Assembly (NCBI GenBank): GCA_963796055.1
Contig: CAWCKH010000002.1
Coordinates: forward strand, 64,001 to 128,000
Source of the DNA: an uncultured delta proteobacterium
GTDB lineage: Bacteria > Myxococcota > Myxococcia > Myxococcales > Myxococcaceae
Direction: 5' to 3'
Length of the DNA stretch: 64,000 nt
Shown: one piece after another, positions 54,448 to 64,000 of the stretch
Layout of the letters: every line of letters starts with the position of its first letter
How positions within the stretch are numbered: the stretch's first letter is position 1
Program-made: the position numbers and the translations under genes
Notes under the pieces: model-generated
The model's database searches: none
Told to the model about the DNA's origin: nothing
Seen by the model: the letters and a program-made list of their open reading frames with translations, nothing else

Positions 54448-55260
54448 TCAGTGCCGGGCGGGGATGAATCGCCGCCCCTTGAGCGAGGCGCGATCGTCAT
54501 AGGCGTGCTTCTTCGAGCGGTCCGGCAGGTCGACCTTCTCCCGTGGCACCTTCCGGTACGGGATCTGGTCGAGAAGGTGGTGGATGACGTTGAGTCGCGC
54601 CCGCTTCTTGTCGTCCGAGGGGACGATGAACCACGGGGAGACCTTGGTGTCGCTGGCGGCGAGCATCGTGTCCCGCGCCCGGGAGTACTCGAACCACTTG
54701 GTCCGCGAGGGAAGGTCGGTCTTGCTCAGCTTCCACTGACGCAGCGGGTCGTCGATCCGGGCCTTGAACCGCCGCGCCTGCTCCTCGTTGCTCACCTCGA
54801 GCCAGTACTTGAAGAGGATGATGCCGCTCTCGAGCATGATCCGCTCGAACGCCGGAACCAGCTCCAGGAAGCGGTCACGCTGGGCCGAGGTGCAGAACCC
54901 GAGCACGGTCTCGACGCCCGCCCGGTTGTACCAGCTGCGATCGAAGATCACGACCTCGCCCGCGGCGGGCATGTGCGGGAGGTACCGCTGCGCGTACATC
55001 TGTGTCTTCTCGCGATCCGAGGGCGCGGGCAGGGCGATGACCCGGAACACACGGGGGCTCACCCGCTCGGTGATGGCCTTGATGGTCCCGCCCTTCCCGG
55101 CCCCGTCCCGTCCCTCGAAGACCAGCACGATCTTGAGGCCCTTGTACTTGACCCACTCTTGCAGCTTGCACAGCTCGGCCTGGAGCTTGAGCAATTCCTT
55201 CCGATACTTCTTCCCACTCAGCTTTTCTTCTGCCGATGGACGCCCAGTGGACCTGGCCAT
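54448..55260 (-). CDS. ppk2: Polyphosphate kinase 2
   Basis: FEGRDGAGKGG, FDRSWYNRAGVE and DDKKRARLN. Confidence 0.96.
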   Translation of the reverse strand: MARSTGRPSAEEKLSGKKYRKELLKLQAELCKLQEWVKYKGLKIVLVFEGRDGAGKGGTIKAITERVSPRVFRVIALPAPSDREKTQMYAQRYLPHMPAAGEVVIFDRSWYNRAGVETVLGFCTSAQRDRFLELVPAFERIMLESGIILFKYWLEVSNEEQARRFKARIDDPLRQWKLSKTDLPSRTKWFEYSRARDTMLAASDTKVSPWFIVPSDDKKRARLNVIHHLLDQIPYRKVPREKVDLPDRSKKHAYDDRASLKGRRFIPARH

Positions 55261-55368
55261 GGCGCCATTGAGGCTCAGCCGCGAGGTCAGGGCCATACGA
55301 CCAACGTCCACTGTGGCCCCCTTGGATTGGGGTCTTACAGTCCCGCTGACACCTGAGGAGGTGTACCC

Positions 55369-56778
55369 ATGGCACGCAAGGAATCTTCTGCCTCCTCGCC
55401 GACCTGGGTGGGCCGCACCGAGCTGCTGCTCGAGCTGGTTCGCCTGGACACGGCCTACGGGGACCTCTACCGACAACGGGCCCGCCAGATCGCCGCGACC
55501 GAGCTCTCTGCCACCGACTTCAAGGCCTTGCAGAACGCCGAGCAGGCCATCGAGTCGATGCCCGAGGACATCAAGCGGGCGATGGACGACGGGAAGTGGG
55601 ACCAGGTCAAGGCGCTCACCAACGAGCTCGGCTCCAAGCAGCGCCTCGTCCAGGAGCGTGGCGCGCTGCGGAAGATCGGCGAGCGGCTGTACGAGGACGA
55701 GGCAATCCACGTCGACCCGTTCTCACCGGGGTTCTACTGGTACCACGGCCGCGAGGAGCGTTCCTTGCCCGGGCTCCGGGACGAGGCGGTCAGCAAGCTG
55801 AAGCAGGCGGCCCGGATCGACCCCGAGTGGAAGCCCCTCTACGAGGACCGCGAGAAGTGCCTCAAGGCAGTACGTCTCGCCGATCCGTCCGCCACCGGCT
55901 CCGCAGCGAAGGGCCGGGGCGAGGTCGAGCAGCGGGCCCGGGAGGCGTTGGCCTCGGGCAACCTCGAGGAGCTGCAGAAGCTCGCCGGAAGTCTGGAGCA
56001 GGCCGGCAGCGGCACGGCCGGCCCGGGGAAGGCCGAGGCCGAGGCCACGGACGACGTCGAGCCGGCACCGCTCGGGTTCAAGTTCACCGCGGAGACGGTG
56101 CAGAAGGCGAAGGCGCTGGGACTCGAGCCCGAGCACTTCGACAACGTCCGGGCGAAGTTCCGGGCCTTCTTCCGCCACCTCTGGCACCCGGTCTTCTTCG
56201 AGTCCGAGGGGAACCTGGCCGGCGCGCGGGTCACCGCCATGCTGCCCAAGGAGACCCCCGAGCCGCAGCGCGACCGGATCGTGATGTTCATCACCCGGCC
56301 GGTGCTGAGCTCGGGCGGAGCGCGGTTCCTCCCACCTCTGGTCGAGGAGGACGTCCTGGTGGAGACGTTCGACGAGGGCCCGGCGGGGGCCGAGGTGGGG
56401 AAGAACGGCCTCGCCGAGGGGCTGGGACTGAAGCGGCGCTGGGGGCTCGGCCGGATGGAGATCGAGCGCACCCTGCAGGGCAAGGGCCCGGAGCTGGTCA
56501 AGTCGCTCGGGCTGGATCCCTGGAGGTTCCGGCTGGTCTGCGTGCCTCCCGACATCTACGGGGCGGTATGCCAGCGGCGCGGCTGGGCCAAGAACGAGAT
56601 CTGGACGCACCTCGACGGCTACCTCGCCACGCGGGAGCGCAAGCTGCTGGCGCTCGCCGGGGGCGACGTGCGGTACGGAGGGTTCCAGGACCTGGTCGGG
56701 GTGGGCACCGAGTACGACAGCGACCGGCTCCTGACCCGCTTCGCCATCGTCGACCGGCGGCGGATCCGGGCCTGGTGA
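55369..56778 (+). CDS. Hypothetical cytoplasmic protein, 469 aa
   Basis: GAGGAGG RBS, typical GC3-biased codons, no family recognised. Confidence 0.8.
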   Translation: MARKESSASSPTWVGRTELLLELVRLDTAYGDLYRQRARQIAATELSATDFKALQNAEQAIESMPEDIKRAMDDGKWDQVKALTNELGSKQRLVQERGALRKIGERLYEDEAIHVDPFSPGFYWYHGREERSLPGLRDEAVSKLKQAARIDPEWKPLYEDREKCLKAVRLADPSATGSAAKGRGEVEQRAREALASGNLEELQKLAGSLEQAGSGTAGPGKAEAEATDDVEPAPLGFKFTAETVQKAKALGLEPEHFDNVRAKFRAFFRHLWHPVFFESEGNLAGARVTAMLPKETPEPQRDRIVMFITRPVLSSGGARFLPPLVEEDVLVETFDEGPAGAEVGKNGLAEGLGLKRRWGLGRMEIERTLQGKGPELVKSLGLDPWRFRLVCVPPDIYGAVCQRRGWAKNEIWTHLDGYLATRERKLLALAGGDVRYGGFQDLVGVGTEYDSDRLLTRFAIVDRRRIRAW

Positions 56779-56785
56779 CCCCCGC

Positions 56786-58165
56786 TCAGAACGCCTCGCC
56801 GGCCCCGAAGTAGAACCCCACGGTCTTGTCGGCGACCGTGAGGTCGAGGGTGATGTTGGTCCGGGACTGGCGGTTCTGCATGATGCGCAGGCCCAGCCCG
56901 CCGGCGAACCGTGGATGCTCGAAGAGCGACTCCCCCGGTTCCGAGTAGCCGGGGATCTCCACCGCGGGGCGGGTGAAGGTGGACATGTTGGCGAACACCA
57001 CGCCCCCCAGCAGCCCGTTGTCGGTGATCCGGAACCTCCACTCCGCCTCGGTGTAGACCTGGGCCGTCCCGCGGAAGCGGCCCTGCACCCAGCCCCGGCC
57101 GGTGCGGTTCCGCGCATCCCACCCGATGGAGGGCAATGCCAGATAGGGCAGCGACCCGCTCACCTGACCCTGCACCACCACCCAGAAGGCGAGCACGTTC
57201 CTGGGAACCTCCGGCGACAGCGACAGGTACGTCCGGAACTCCGCGGAGAGCAGCGAGCTGTCCTTGGCGCTTCCGAACCACGTCGGGTTCCACTGGTACG
57301 ACAGGCTGGCGTACACCCCGCGGTACGCGTTGATGGTCGAGTCGCGCGTGTCGTAGAGGAAGTTCAGGCTCAGACCACTGGTGTTGTAGGCCTTCGTCCC
57401 GAAGCCCTCGATGGTGCTGTACGCGTAGTGGCTGGTGACCACCGGCGGGGTTGCGGACAGATCGAGCCGCCGGTCCTCGATGCCGTAGTAGCGATCGAAG
57501 GACAGACCCGGCCCGATGTAGAGTTCGCGCCAGACCTTCCGGAGCGCGTTCTGACGGAAGCGCAGCAGGTTCATGTCCATCGGCTGGGCGCCCTCGACCT
57601 CGGCCGTGGTGCCGAAGCCGCCGATCGTGAAGCCCTGGCTCACCGGCGAGTGCCCCGTCCCCAGGCCGAAGGTGTCCTGGTTGAAGATCATGAAGCGCCA
57701 GTCGCCCTGGAACTCCCAGGTGTTCCCTTCGGTGAGGACGGTGCTGAAGATCTGGGTGATGAACTGGTTCTTGGTGGTGTACAGCACCATCGCCTGCACG
57801 TTGGAGATGGTCGTGGTGTCCGGATCTCCCAGGTAGATCCCGAAGATCCCCACACCGCCGAAGAGGAAACCGACGGTCGGGTTGTAGGCGAAGGCCGGGA
57901 GGATGGCGAGCAACGGCTCGAACGCCTTGGGGTGCGCGGCCGTCTTCTCGGTGAGACCAACGGCGATGAACAGGTCGGTCTCGTCCCGGTAAGGCTCGCA
58001 CCGTCCGGACTGGCAGACGGACCCGGTCCCGAAGCGCGCCCGGCACGCACCAGTGTCCTCGCAGGTCAGGGGCGTCTGTTCTCCCGTCTCTCCCGCGCGG
58101 GCCGCGGTCCCCGTCAACAGCGCCATCGTCAGACCGAGACTGCCGAAGCCCCGAAGGTGCCTCAT
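56786..58165 (-). CDS. Omp85/BamA-TamA-like barrel protein lacking POTRA domains
   Basis: YDTRDS..N..RG, GRGWVQGRFRG, GLGLR and C-terminal GEAF. Confidence 0.8.
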   Translation of the reverse strand: MRHLRGFGSLGLTMALLTGTAARAGETGEQTPLTCEDTGACRARFGTGSVCQSGRCEPYRDETDLFIAVGLTEKTAAHPKAFEPLLAILPAFAYNPTVGFLFGGVGIFGIYLGDPDTTTISNVQAMVLYTTKNQFITQIFSTVLTEGNTWEFQGDWRFMIFNQDTFGLGTGHSPVSQGFTIGGFGTTAEVEGAQPMDMNLLRFRQNALRKVWRELYIGPGLSFDRYYGIEDRRLDLSATPPVVTSHYAYSTIEGFGTKAYNTSGLSLNFLYDTRDSTINAYRGVYASLSYQWNPTWFGSAKDSSLLSAEFRTYLSLSPEVPRNVLAFWVVVQGQVSGSLPYLALPSIGWDARNRTGRGWVQGRFRGTAQVYTEAEWRFRITDNGLLGGVVFANMSTFTRPAVEIPGYSEPGESLFEHPRFAGGLGLRIMQNRQSRTNITLDLTVADKTVGFYFGAGEAF

Positions 58166-58344
58166 GTGACGCCTCCGCCCGAGCAGCTCGGCTTTGGCGC
58201 GGGCCAGATGGCGCCCACCCCGAGCCGGATACGCCTGCCTAATCGAAACGCATCTGCCGAGAATCGTGGGACCTTGGTCTCATTGTAGCCCACCCTCCCC
58301 CGCTGAGAGCCTTCGCGCCATCCAGGGAGAGGAGGCCTGCGCAC

Positions 58345-58968
58345 ATGTCCCGTGTCGGGAAGAGCTTTGCACCACCCATTCTGGCCATCGGCCTGCTGCT
58401 GGCCGCCTGTCACCCGACGGGTGTGGAGTACGTGACCGACCTCGACGTGGTGGCCACGACGCACGATGCCACCTTCGACTTCGCGACGCCGACCACCTAC
58501 TCCCTTCCGGACCGGGTGTTCCTCATCGAGGGGGACCCCACGACGAACCCGCCGGCACGGCTCGACCCTGCGCTGGAGCAACTCATCCTCAACACGCTGA
58601 AGAACGAGATGGACGCGCACGGGTATACCCAGGTCGCGGTCACTGCGACGCCGGACCTCGCGGTCACCGCCTCGGCGCTGAAGGTGACCAACGTCAGCTA
58701 CTACTACGGCTACTGGTGCACCTACTGGGGGTACTACGGCTGCTATCCGTACTACCCGCCCGTCGTCGGCGTCAGTACGTACACAGTGGGGACGCTGCTC
58801 ATCGACATGGCGCCGTTCTCCTCGACGCCACCGGGCAACCAGTACATCGGCGTCTGGACGGCCGTCATTCGCGGGATCCAGACGGGCTCGAAATCGACCG
58901 ACCAGCAGCGGGTGGTCAACGGCATCTCGCAGGCGTTCATCCAGTCGCCCTACCTGGGGAAGCCATGA
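58345..58968 (+). CDS. DUF4136-like lipoprotein
   Basis: LAAC lipobox, Tyr/Trp-rich loop, YTVGTLLIDM and QAFIQSPYL. Confidence 0.8.
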   Translation: MSRVGKSFAPPILAIGLLLAACHPTGVEYVTDLDVVATTHDATFDFATPTTYSLPDRVFLIEGDPTTNPPARLDPALEQLILNTLKNEMDAHGYTQVAVTATPDLAVTASALKVTNVSYYYGYWCTYWGYYGCYPYYPPVVGVSTYTVGTLLIDMAPFSSTPPGNQYIGVWTAVIRGIQTGSKSTDQQRVVNGISQAFIQSPYLGKP

Positions 58969-59573
58969 GCACGCACCGGAAGCTGATTCCCCTCGCAGCG
59001 CTCATCCTCGCCCTGTCGGCCTCGACCGCGCGGGCGGACCTCCCGCCGACCCTGGTCGGCGTCTCGTACCAGTTCTCGATTCCGATCGGCGAGACCTACA
59101 ACTACACGCCCCCCGTCAGCTGGCGGGGCATCGGGCTCGATGTGGCGACCTTCGTCCGCAAGGACCTCGCCGTCGGTCTGGCGTTCGGGTGGAACGTGTT
59201 CCACGAGAACATCACCTCCACCATCAGCTACAAGGGCACGGAGATCTCCGGAAATCAGGACCGGACCCTGAACATCTGGCCCACCCTGGTCAATGCGCGC
59301 TGGTTCCCGAAGATCTCCTCCAACCGCGACATTCAGCCCTACATCGGGGCGAACATCGGCGGGTACATCATCGAGCGCTACTTCGCCGTCGGGCTCACCT
59401 CGATCACCGAGACCCACTACCACTTCGGCCTCGCGCCGGAGATCGGCGTCTTCTTCCAGAATCCGGTGGGCGCGGTGTTCATCAACGCCCGCTACAACAT
59501 GGCCTTCGCCGCGGGCGGAGTGCCCTTCCAGCAGTTCCTCGCCTTCAGCCTGGGCTACGCCTGGGAGAGATGA
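58965..59573 (+). CDS. Small outer-membrane beta-barrel (OmpW/OmpA-like)
   Basis: Signal peptide, QPYIG, HFGLAPEIG; ATGA overlap with the lipoprotein gene. Confidence 0.75.
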   Translation: MSTHRKLIPLAALILALSASTARADLPPTLVGVSYQFSIPIGETYNYTPPVSWRGIGLDVATFVRKDLAVGLAFGWNVFHENITSTISYKGTEISGNQDRTLNIWPTLVNARWFPKISSNRDIQPYIGANIGGYIIERYFAVGLTSITETHYHFGLAPEIGVFFQNPVGAVFINARYNMAFAAGGVPFQQFLAFSLGYAWER

Positions 59574-59590
59574 CGTCTTCAGGAGGAATC

Positions 59591-60145
59591 ATGCAACACC
59601 TCAATCGACTCGGCTTGGTCGCCACGCTGATGGCTGGCGCCACGGCATTGGCGCAGGCCCCCGCGCCCGCTCCCGCACCGGCGCCGGCGGCCGCCCCGGC
59701 TGCGGCTCCCACCCAGGACGCGGCGGCCTCGCTGCTCAAAGTTTACGTCTTCCCCGCCAACAACCAGACCCCGGACCAGCAGGCCAAGGACTCCAACGAC
59801 TGCTACGCCTGGGCCAAGCAGCAGACCGGCGTCGACCCCACCAACCCCACCGTTCCCCCGAAGGCCGACACCAGCCAGGCCGGTAAGGGTGGCGCGGTGA
59901 AGGGTGCGGCGAAGGGCGCGGCGGCGGGAGCGGCGATCGGAGCCGTCGCCGGAGACACCGGCAAAGGCGCGGCGGTCGGCGCGACGGCGGGAGCCATGGG
60001 CGGGGCGTCCGGAAAGCGCCAGGCCAAGCAGCAGGCGGAGGCCCAGGCGAAACAGCAGCAGACGGCGGCGGTCAACTCGCAGATCGACGCCTTCAAGAAG
60101 GCCTACACCGCGTGCATGGAAGGAAAGAAGTACACCGTCAAGTAG
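59591..60145 (+). CDS. Glycine-zipper (YMGG-like) exported protein
   Basis: AGGAGG RBS; QQAKD..CYAWA, GAAAGAAIGA and ACMEGKKY. Confidence 0.85.
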   Translation: MQHLNRLGLVATLMAGATALAQAPAPAPAPAPAAAPAAAPTQDAAASLLKVYVFPANNQTPDQQAKDSNDCYAWAKQQTGVDPTNPTVPPKADTSQAGKGGAVKGAAKGAAAGAAIGAVAGDTGKGAAVGATAGAMGGASGKRQAKQQAEAQAKQQQTAAVNSQIDAFKKAYTACMEGKKYTVK

Positions 60146-60191
60146 CTGTGGCAACGTTGGGGGCGTGCTCGTAGCCGAGGGAGGACGTCCG

Positions 60192-60527
60192 ATGACTCGA
60201 CGAGGTGCTCTTCGCTGGTCCATGGCCCTGACGTTGCTCGCGCTCTCCGCGCCGGCGGCCGCGGAGGAGGCCAAGCGGGTCGACATCAAGAACCTCAGCT
60301 GCGAGTCGTTCCTGGCCCAGCCGGACGACTTGCGGCCGATGCTCGTCGCCTGGGTCCACGGGTACACGCACGCCGGGGGCGAGAACTGGATCCTCGACCC
60401 GGCGGCGGCCCGCACCTTCGTCAGCTCGGTGGAGGACCTCTGCAAGAAGGCACCGAAGGCGAGCTTCCGATATCAGGTCCTGCAGACCGCCAAGACCCGT
60501 CAGGCCGAGGCGAAGGCGAAGAAGTAG
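60192..60527 (+). CDS. HdeA/HdeB-like periplasmic chaperone
   Basis: Signal peptide, LSCESFL..W..GY..CKKAP two-Cys pattern. Confidence 0.65.
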   Translation: MTRRGALRWSMALTLLALSAPAAAEEAKRVDIKNLSCESFLAQPDDLRPMLVAWVHGYTHAGGENWILDPAAARTFVSSVEDLCKKAPKASFRYQVLQTAKTRQAEAKAKK

Positions 60528-60549
60528 GCCGCGGACCGGCCTCGCCTAC

Positions 60550-61368
60550 TCACTTGGCGAACTTCGAGCGGGCCGCCTTCGTGCGTACCTGCTCGATCGC
60601 CTTCTGGTCCACGTTCTTCCGGATGAGGGTCCGGACGGCGTAGCGGACTTGCTGGTATTCCTCGGCGCAGCCCTCGGCGCGCTCGTCCGGGAGCTTCCCC
60701 AGCTCCTTGGCGAACGCGTACCGCTTGGGGTCGGAGCCCCAGGCGATGCAGAGGACGTTGTAGAAGCGCTGCCGGTCGAGCCCGTGCACGTCGGCGAAGT
60801 CGTCCTCGCCGGGCTTCCGCGCGCTCGAGTCCTGATCGTACATGAAGGCCGCGGCACGCAGCATTCGCTCGGCGAAGTCTCCTCCGATCTGCGTGGCGGC
60901 ATAGGCCGCGACCTGGTCGGCGGCATCCTCCTCCCGTCCGAGCACCGGCACCGCGAGCACGTGGAACACCGCGTGCGCCGTCTCGTGCAGGACGATGAAC
61001 AGGAAGGGGCCGACGACCGCCTGCTCGGGAGTGAGATTGAACTTCCCGGACCTGCTGGCGACCTTGATGAAATCGTTGACCAGCTCGTAGCAAAAGGTGA
61101 TGACGTCCGTGTCGCTGTCGTACCAGGCGTTGGACTCGCCGCAGCTCGCGCTTTTCAGAGTCAACGTGCGGGGGAGCTTGAGGACGGAGAGCATCGCCGC
61201 GGCGCCCTCGAGGATGTGCCGCTCCTTCATCTTCTCCGCGATGGGGGCAAGCTCGGGCTTGGTCGTGTCCTCGTAGAGGACCCGGAAGGAACCCTTCTTC
61301 ACTGGCGGTGCCGTCCCCGCGCCGAGCAAGGCCGTCACCACCAGGAGCGGAACGGGGATCATCGGCAT
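60550..61368 (-). CDS. DUF4344-like putative zinc metallopeptidase
   Basis: CGESNAWY, HETAH, GREEDAAD and RFYNVLC. Confidence 0.85.
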   Translation of the reverse strand: MPMIPVPLLVVTALLGAGTAPPVKKGSFRVLYEDTTKPELAPIAEKMKERHILEGAAAMLSVLKLPRTLTLKSASCGESNAWYDSDTDVITFCYELVNDFIKVASRSGKFNLTPEQAVVGPFLFIVLHETAHAVFHVLAVPVLGREEDAADQVAAYAATQIGGDFAERMLRAAAFMYDQDSSARKPGEDDFADVHGLDRQRFYNVLCIAWGSDPKRYAFAKELGKLPDERAEGCAEEYQQVRYAVRTLIRKNVDQKAIEQVRTKAARSKFAK

Positions 61369-61399
61369 GACTCTCCCTCCGTCAGCCGCTCCGGTCTAC

Positions 61400-61771
61400 T
61401 CACGCGGGGCTGGGATGGAGCTGCTCGAGCGCGCGCCTCACCGCCGCCACCAGCAGCGCCGGCTCGAAGGGCTTCTGGAGACAGGGGACCTGCCCCATCC
61501 CCCGCTGCCGGAGCGTCTGCGCGGCGTCGATGCGCCCGGTCACGAAGATCGCCGGCGGACAGCCCGGAGAGGTCCGGAGGCTGTCCAGGAGATCTGCCCC
61601 ACTCATCCCGGGGAGCACCAGGTCGAGCACCAGGCAGGCCGGGCGGGTGGTGGCGTAGGCCTGGAGCAGCTCCTCCGCAGTGGAAAACGACGCGACCCGG
61701 AGATCATGGGCCCGGAGGATCCGGCCCAACGCTCGCCGTGCGGCGGGGTCGTCGTCAACTACAGCGACCAT
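61400..61771 (-). CDS. Single-domain response regulator
   Basis: VVDDD, LDLVLPGMSG and LQKPF; alternative start at 61816. Confidence 0.85.
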   Translation of the reverse strand: MVAVVDDDPAARRALGRILRAHDLRVASFSTAEELLQAYATTRPACLVLDLVLPGMSGADLLDSLRTSPGCPPAIFVTGRIDAAQTLRQRGMGQVPCLQKPFEPALLVAAVRRALEQLHPSPA

Positions 61772-61923
61772 CGGGCTCGGCGAGGGAGGCGACGAGGCTG
61801 TCCGACTCGCGCACATCCCGGTCCTCCACCAAGAGTTCGAGGTACCCTAGGGACTTCGGGCGTGGGCCTGCTATACGACGTTGGTCTCATCCCGGACCCG
61901 GGGGGCGATGGGTGGCAGCGTCG

Positions 61924-63174
61924 ATGATCGCCTTCGACAAGCCGGAGCTCTTCGAGCAGCAGCTCGCGGAGCTTTCCGCGACCTTCGTCTCGCTGACCCC
62001 GGACCAGGTGGACAGCCAGATCGACTGGGGGCTACAGCTGCTGCTCGAGGCGCTCGATCTCGACCGGAGCACCATCGCCGAGCTCTCGGCCGACGGCCAG
62101 CGGATAGAGATCACGCACACCCGGTCCACGACGCATGCTCCAGCGATCGCCAAGGGCGATCTGGTGCCGATGCTCCCCTGGTTCGCGGCGATGCTCCTCA
62201 AGGGCCAGGTGCTGCGCTTCGATCGAATGCCGGACGACTTGCCCGCCGAGGCCGAGGCCGAACGCGAGTACTGCACCCGGACCGGCCTGAAGTCGGTGCT
62301 AACTTTCCCGTTCACGGTCGGCGAGCGGGTGATCGGTGCCATCGGCTTTGCCTCCTTCCGGCGGGAGATGAGCTGGACTCCGCACCTCCTCCGCTCGCTG
62401 CGGCTGATCAGCGAGGTGTTCGCCAACGCCCTGGCCAGGAAGCAGGCGGCGCACGAGCAGGTGAAGCTTCGCGAGCAGCTCGCCCACAGCGCCCGGCTGA
62501 ACACCATGGGCGAGGTGGTGGCCTCCATTGCCCACGAGGTCAACCAGCCGCTCTTCGCCATCGTCAGCAACGCCCGTGCCGCCGGGCAGCTCCTCGCGCA
62601 GGAGACCCCGGACCTGGCGGAGATCGGGGCAGCGCTGGAGGACATCGTCCAGGACGCCAACCGGGCCAGCTCCGTCATCGCCCGCATCCGCAGCTTCCTC
62701 CAGCGGAAGCCCACCGAGCTCGTGACCACCGACGTGAACTCGGTGATCGAGACGGTGAGGAGCTTGCTCGGGCCCGAGCTCGCACGTCGCCGGGTCACCC
62801 TTCTGGTCGCCCTGGGCACCGGGCTGCCGCCGGTGCGGGCCGACGCGGTCCAGCTCCAGCAAGTCCTGGTGAATCTGCTGATGAACGCCGCCGAGGCGAT
62901 GGAGTCGCTCGCGCCGACGCAGCGGCGCCTGGAGCTCCGGTCCACCACCGAGCCCGACGGGCGCCTCCGCATCGACGTGGTGGATCACGGCCCCGGCCTA
63001 GACCCCCAGGTGCGCGCCCGGCTGTTCGAGGCGTTCTTCACCACCAAGGCCAACGGGCTGGGAATGGGCCTGGCCATCTGCAAGTCGATCGTCGAGGCGC
63101 ATGGGGGGCGGATCCAGCCCCTGGACAGGTCCGGGCCGGGAACCACGATGCAGATCTGGCTTCCTGTCCGCTAG
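61924..63174 (+). CDS. Cytoplasmic GAF-histidine kinase (FixL-like transmitter)
   Basis: AHEVNQPL, NLLMNA, FFTTK and GMGLAICKSI; no TM helix. Confidence 0.9.
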   Translation: MIAFDKPELFEQQLAELSATFVSLTPDQVDSQIDWGLQLLLEALDLDRSTIAELSADGQRIEITHTRSTTHAPAIAKGDLVPMLPWFAAMLLKGQVLRFDRMPDDLPAEAEAEREYCTRTGLKSVLTFPFTVGERVIGAIGFASFRREMSWTPHLLRSLRLISEVFANALARKQAAHEQVKLREQLAHSARLNTMGEVVASIAHEVNQPLFAIVSNARAAGQLLAQETPDLAEIGAALEDIVQDANRASSVIARIRSFLQRKPTELVTTDVNSVIETVRSLLGPELARRRVTLLVALGTGLPPVRADAVQLQQVLVNLLMNAAEAMESLAPTQRRLELRSTTEPDGRLRIDVVDHGPGLDPQVRARLFEAFFTTKANGLGMGLAICKSIVEAHGGRIQPLDRSGPGTTMQIWLPVR

Positions 63175-63301
63175 GCCTGAATTTGCGTCTCCGCGCAGAA
63201 TCTGCGCGCTTCCAGAGTCCACACGGCGAGCGTTTCTGCTGGAATTTCATGATCCAATGGGCACGCCCTGGATGGGCACGGTTCCTGTAGCGTGCCATTT
63301 T

Positions 63302-63961
63302 GTGCACCTGTCCCTCGCTGAGGTTTCGTCCCCGTCCCTCGAGGCGGGTGGCCGTCCACAGGTCTGGGTCGTCGACGACGACCCCGGCGTTCGCACCGCC
63401 CTCGCGCGGCTGCTGCGGACTACGGCCCTGAGCGTGGAGACGTTCGAGTCCGGGCTGGAGCTGCTGGACCGGCTCACGCAGGCGCGGCCCCGGTGCCTGG
63501 TTCTCGACGTCGGCATGCCGGAGCTCACCGGGCTGGACGTCCTTCGTCTGCTCCACGAGCGCGGGGAGCCCATCCCGGTGATCTTCGTCACTGGCGAGGG
63601 AAACGTGGGCCGGAGCGTCGCGGCGATGAAGGAGGGCGCCATCGACTTCCTGGAGAAGCCGGTCGACGCCGACGCGCTCCTCGCGGCGGTGATGCGAGGC
63701 CTGGCCAAGGAGGCCGAGTGGCGTCAGACGCGGGCACGGATCGAGCAGGCTTCCGGGCTCCTCGCCACCCTGACGCCCCGTGAGCGCGAGGTGCTCCACC
63801 ACGTGGCGACCGGCAAGTCCAACAAGCAGATCGCCTCGGAGCTGGGAACGAGCGAGAAGACGGTGAAGGTCCACCGCGGCCGGGTGATGCACAAGCTGGG
63901 CGCCACCTCGGTGGTCGACCTGGTGCACCTCACCGAGCGCGCCAGCGGCGTGGCCGCGTAG
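63302..63961 (+). CDS. FixJ-like response regulator (LuxR HTH)
   Basis: VVDDD, DFLEKP and LTPREREVL..SNKQIA..TVKVHRGRVM; start uncertain (63257, 63272 or 63302). Confidence 0.92.
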   Translation: MHLSLAEVSSPSLEAGGRPQVWVVDDDPGVRTALARLLRTTALSVETFESGLELLDRLTQARPRCLVLDVGMPELTGLDVLRLLHERGEPIPVIFVTGEGNVGRSVAAMKEGAIDFLEKPVDADALLAAVMRGLAKEAEWRQTRARIEQASGLLATLTPREREVLHHVATGKSNKQIASELGTSEKTVKVHRGRVMHKLGATSVVDLVHLTERASGVAA

Positions 63962-64000
63962 AGCCCCCGGGGCGCGCACGGAGCCGCGGGAGCGTTGGCC

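Noticed and set aside
59650..59720. DNA tandem repeat
   Set aside because: Explained by an Ala/Pro linker in the glycine-zipper protein; the codons vary.
60649..63174. 841-aa extended histidine kinase
   Set aside because: The first ~425 aa overlap two minus-strand genes; domain-like sequence starts at 61924.

Overview
Very GC-rich, gene-dense bacterial DNA. The gene style (PEGA/TPR/Ser-Thr kinase modules, Cys-rich lipoproteins, sigma54 activator) suggests a myxobacterium or relative, which is an inference. About 57 CDS are supported. No rRNA, tRNA, CRISPR array, transposase or integrase was recognised. Main blocks: (1) 1-8.4 kb envelope and housekeeping genes, including a GH63-like hydrolase with an apparent frameshift and a cold-shock gene; (2) 8.5-14.2 kb FHA-kinase / TPR-PEGA / Ig-repeat lipoprotein module; (3) 14.3-24.9 kb atypical kdp locus (porin, two small membrane peptides, kdpABC, truncated KdpD, separate HAMP/PAS kinase, sigma54 activator and no KdpE, candidate -24/-12 promoters); (4) 24.9-30.5 kb citrate synthase with an HTH-citrate-synthase partner, then SDR/ACAD/kinase; (5) 30.5-33.2 kb hemerythrin/PNPOx/PNPOx-GAF-wHTH cluster; (6) 34.5-42 kb Cus-like metal efflux operon, preceded by a CxxC/poly-Pro leader ORF and followed by a 50-aa exported peptide plus a ferritin-like diiron enzyme; (7) 42-64 kb hydrolases, outer-membrane and lipoprotein genes, ppk2, an HdeA-like protein and a FixLJ-like system. 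The best candidates for undescribed biology are the peptide/diiron pair, the leader ORF of the efflux operon, and the sigma54-wired kdp locus. All calls come from reading motifs by eye; no database search was run and several start codons are uncertain.
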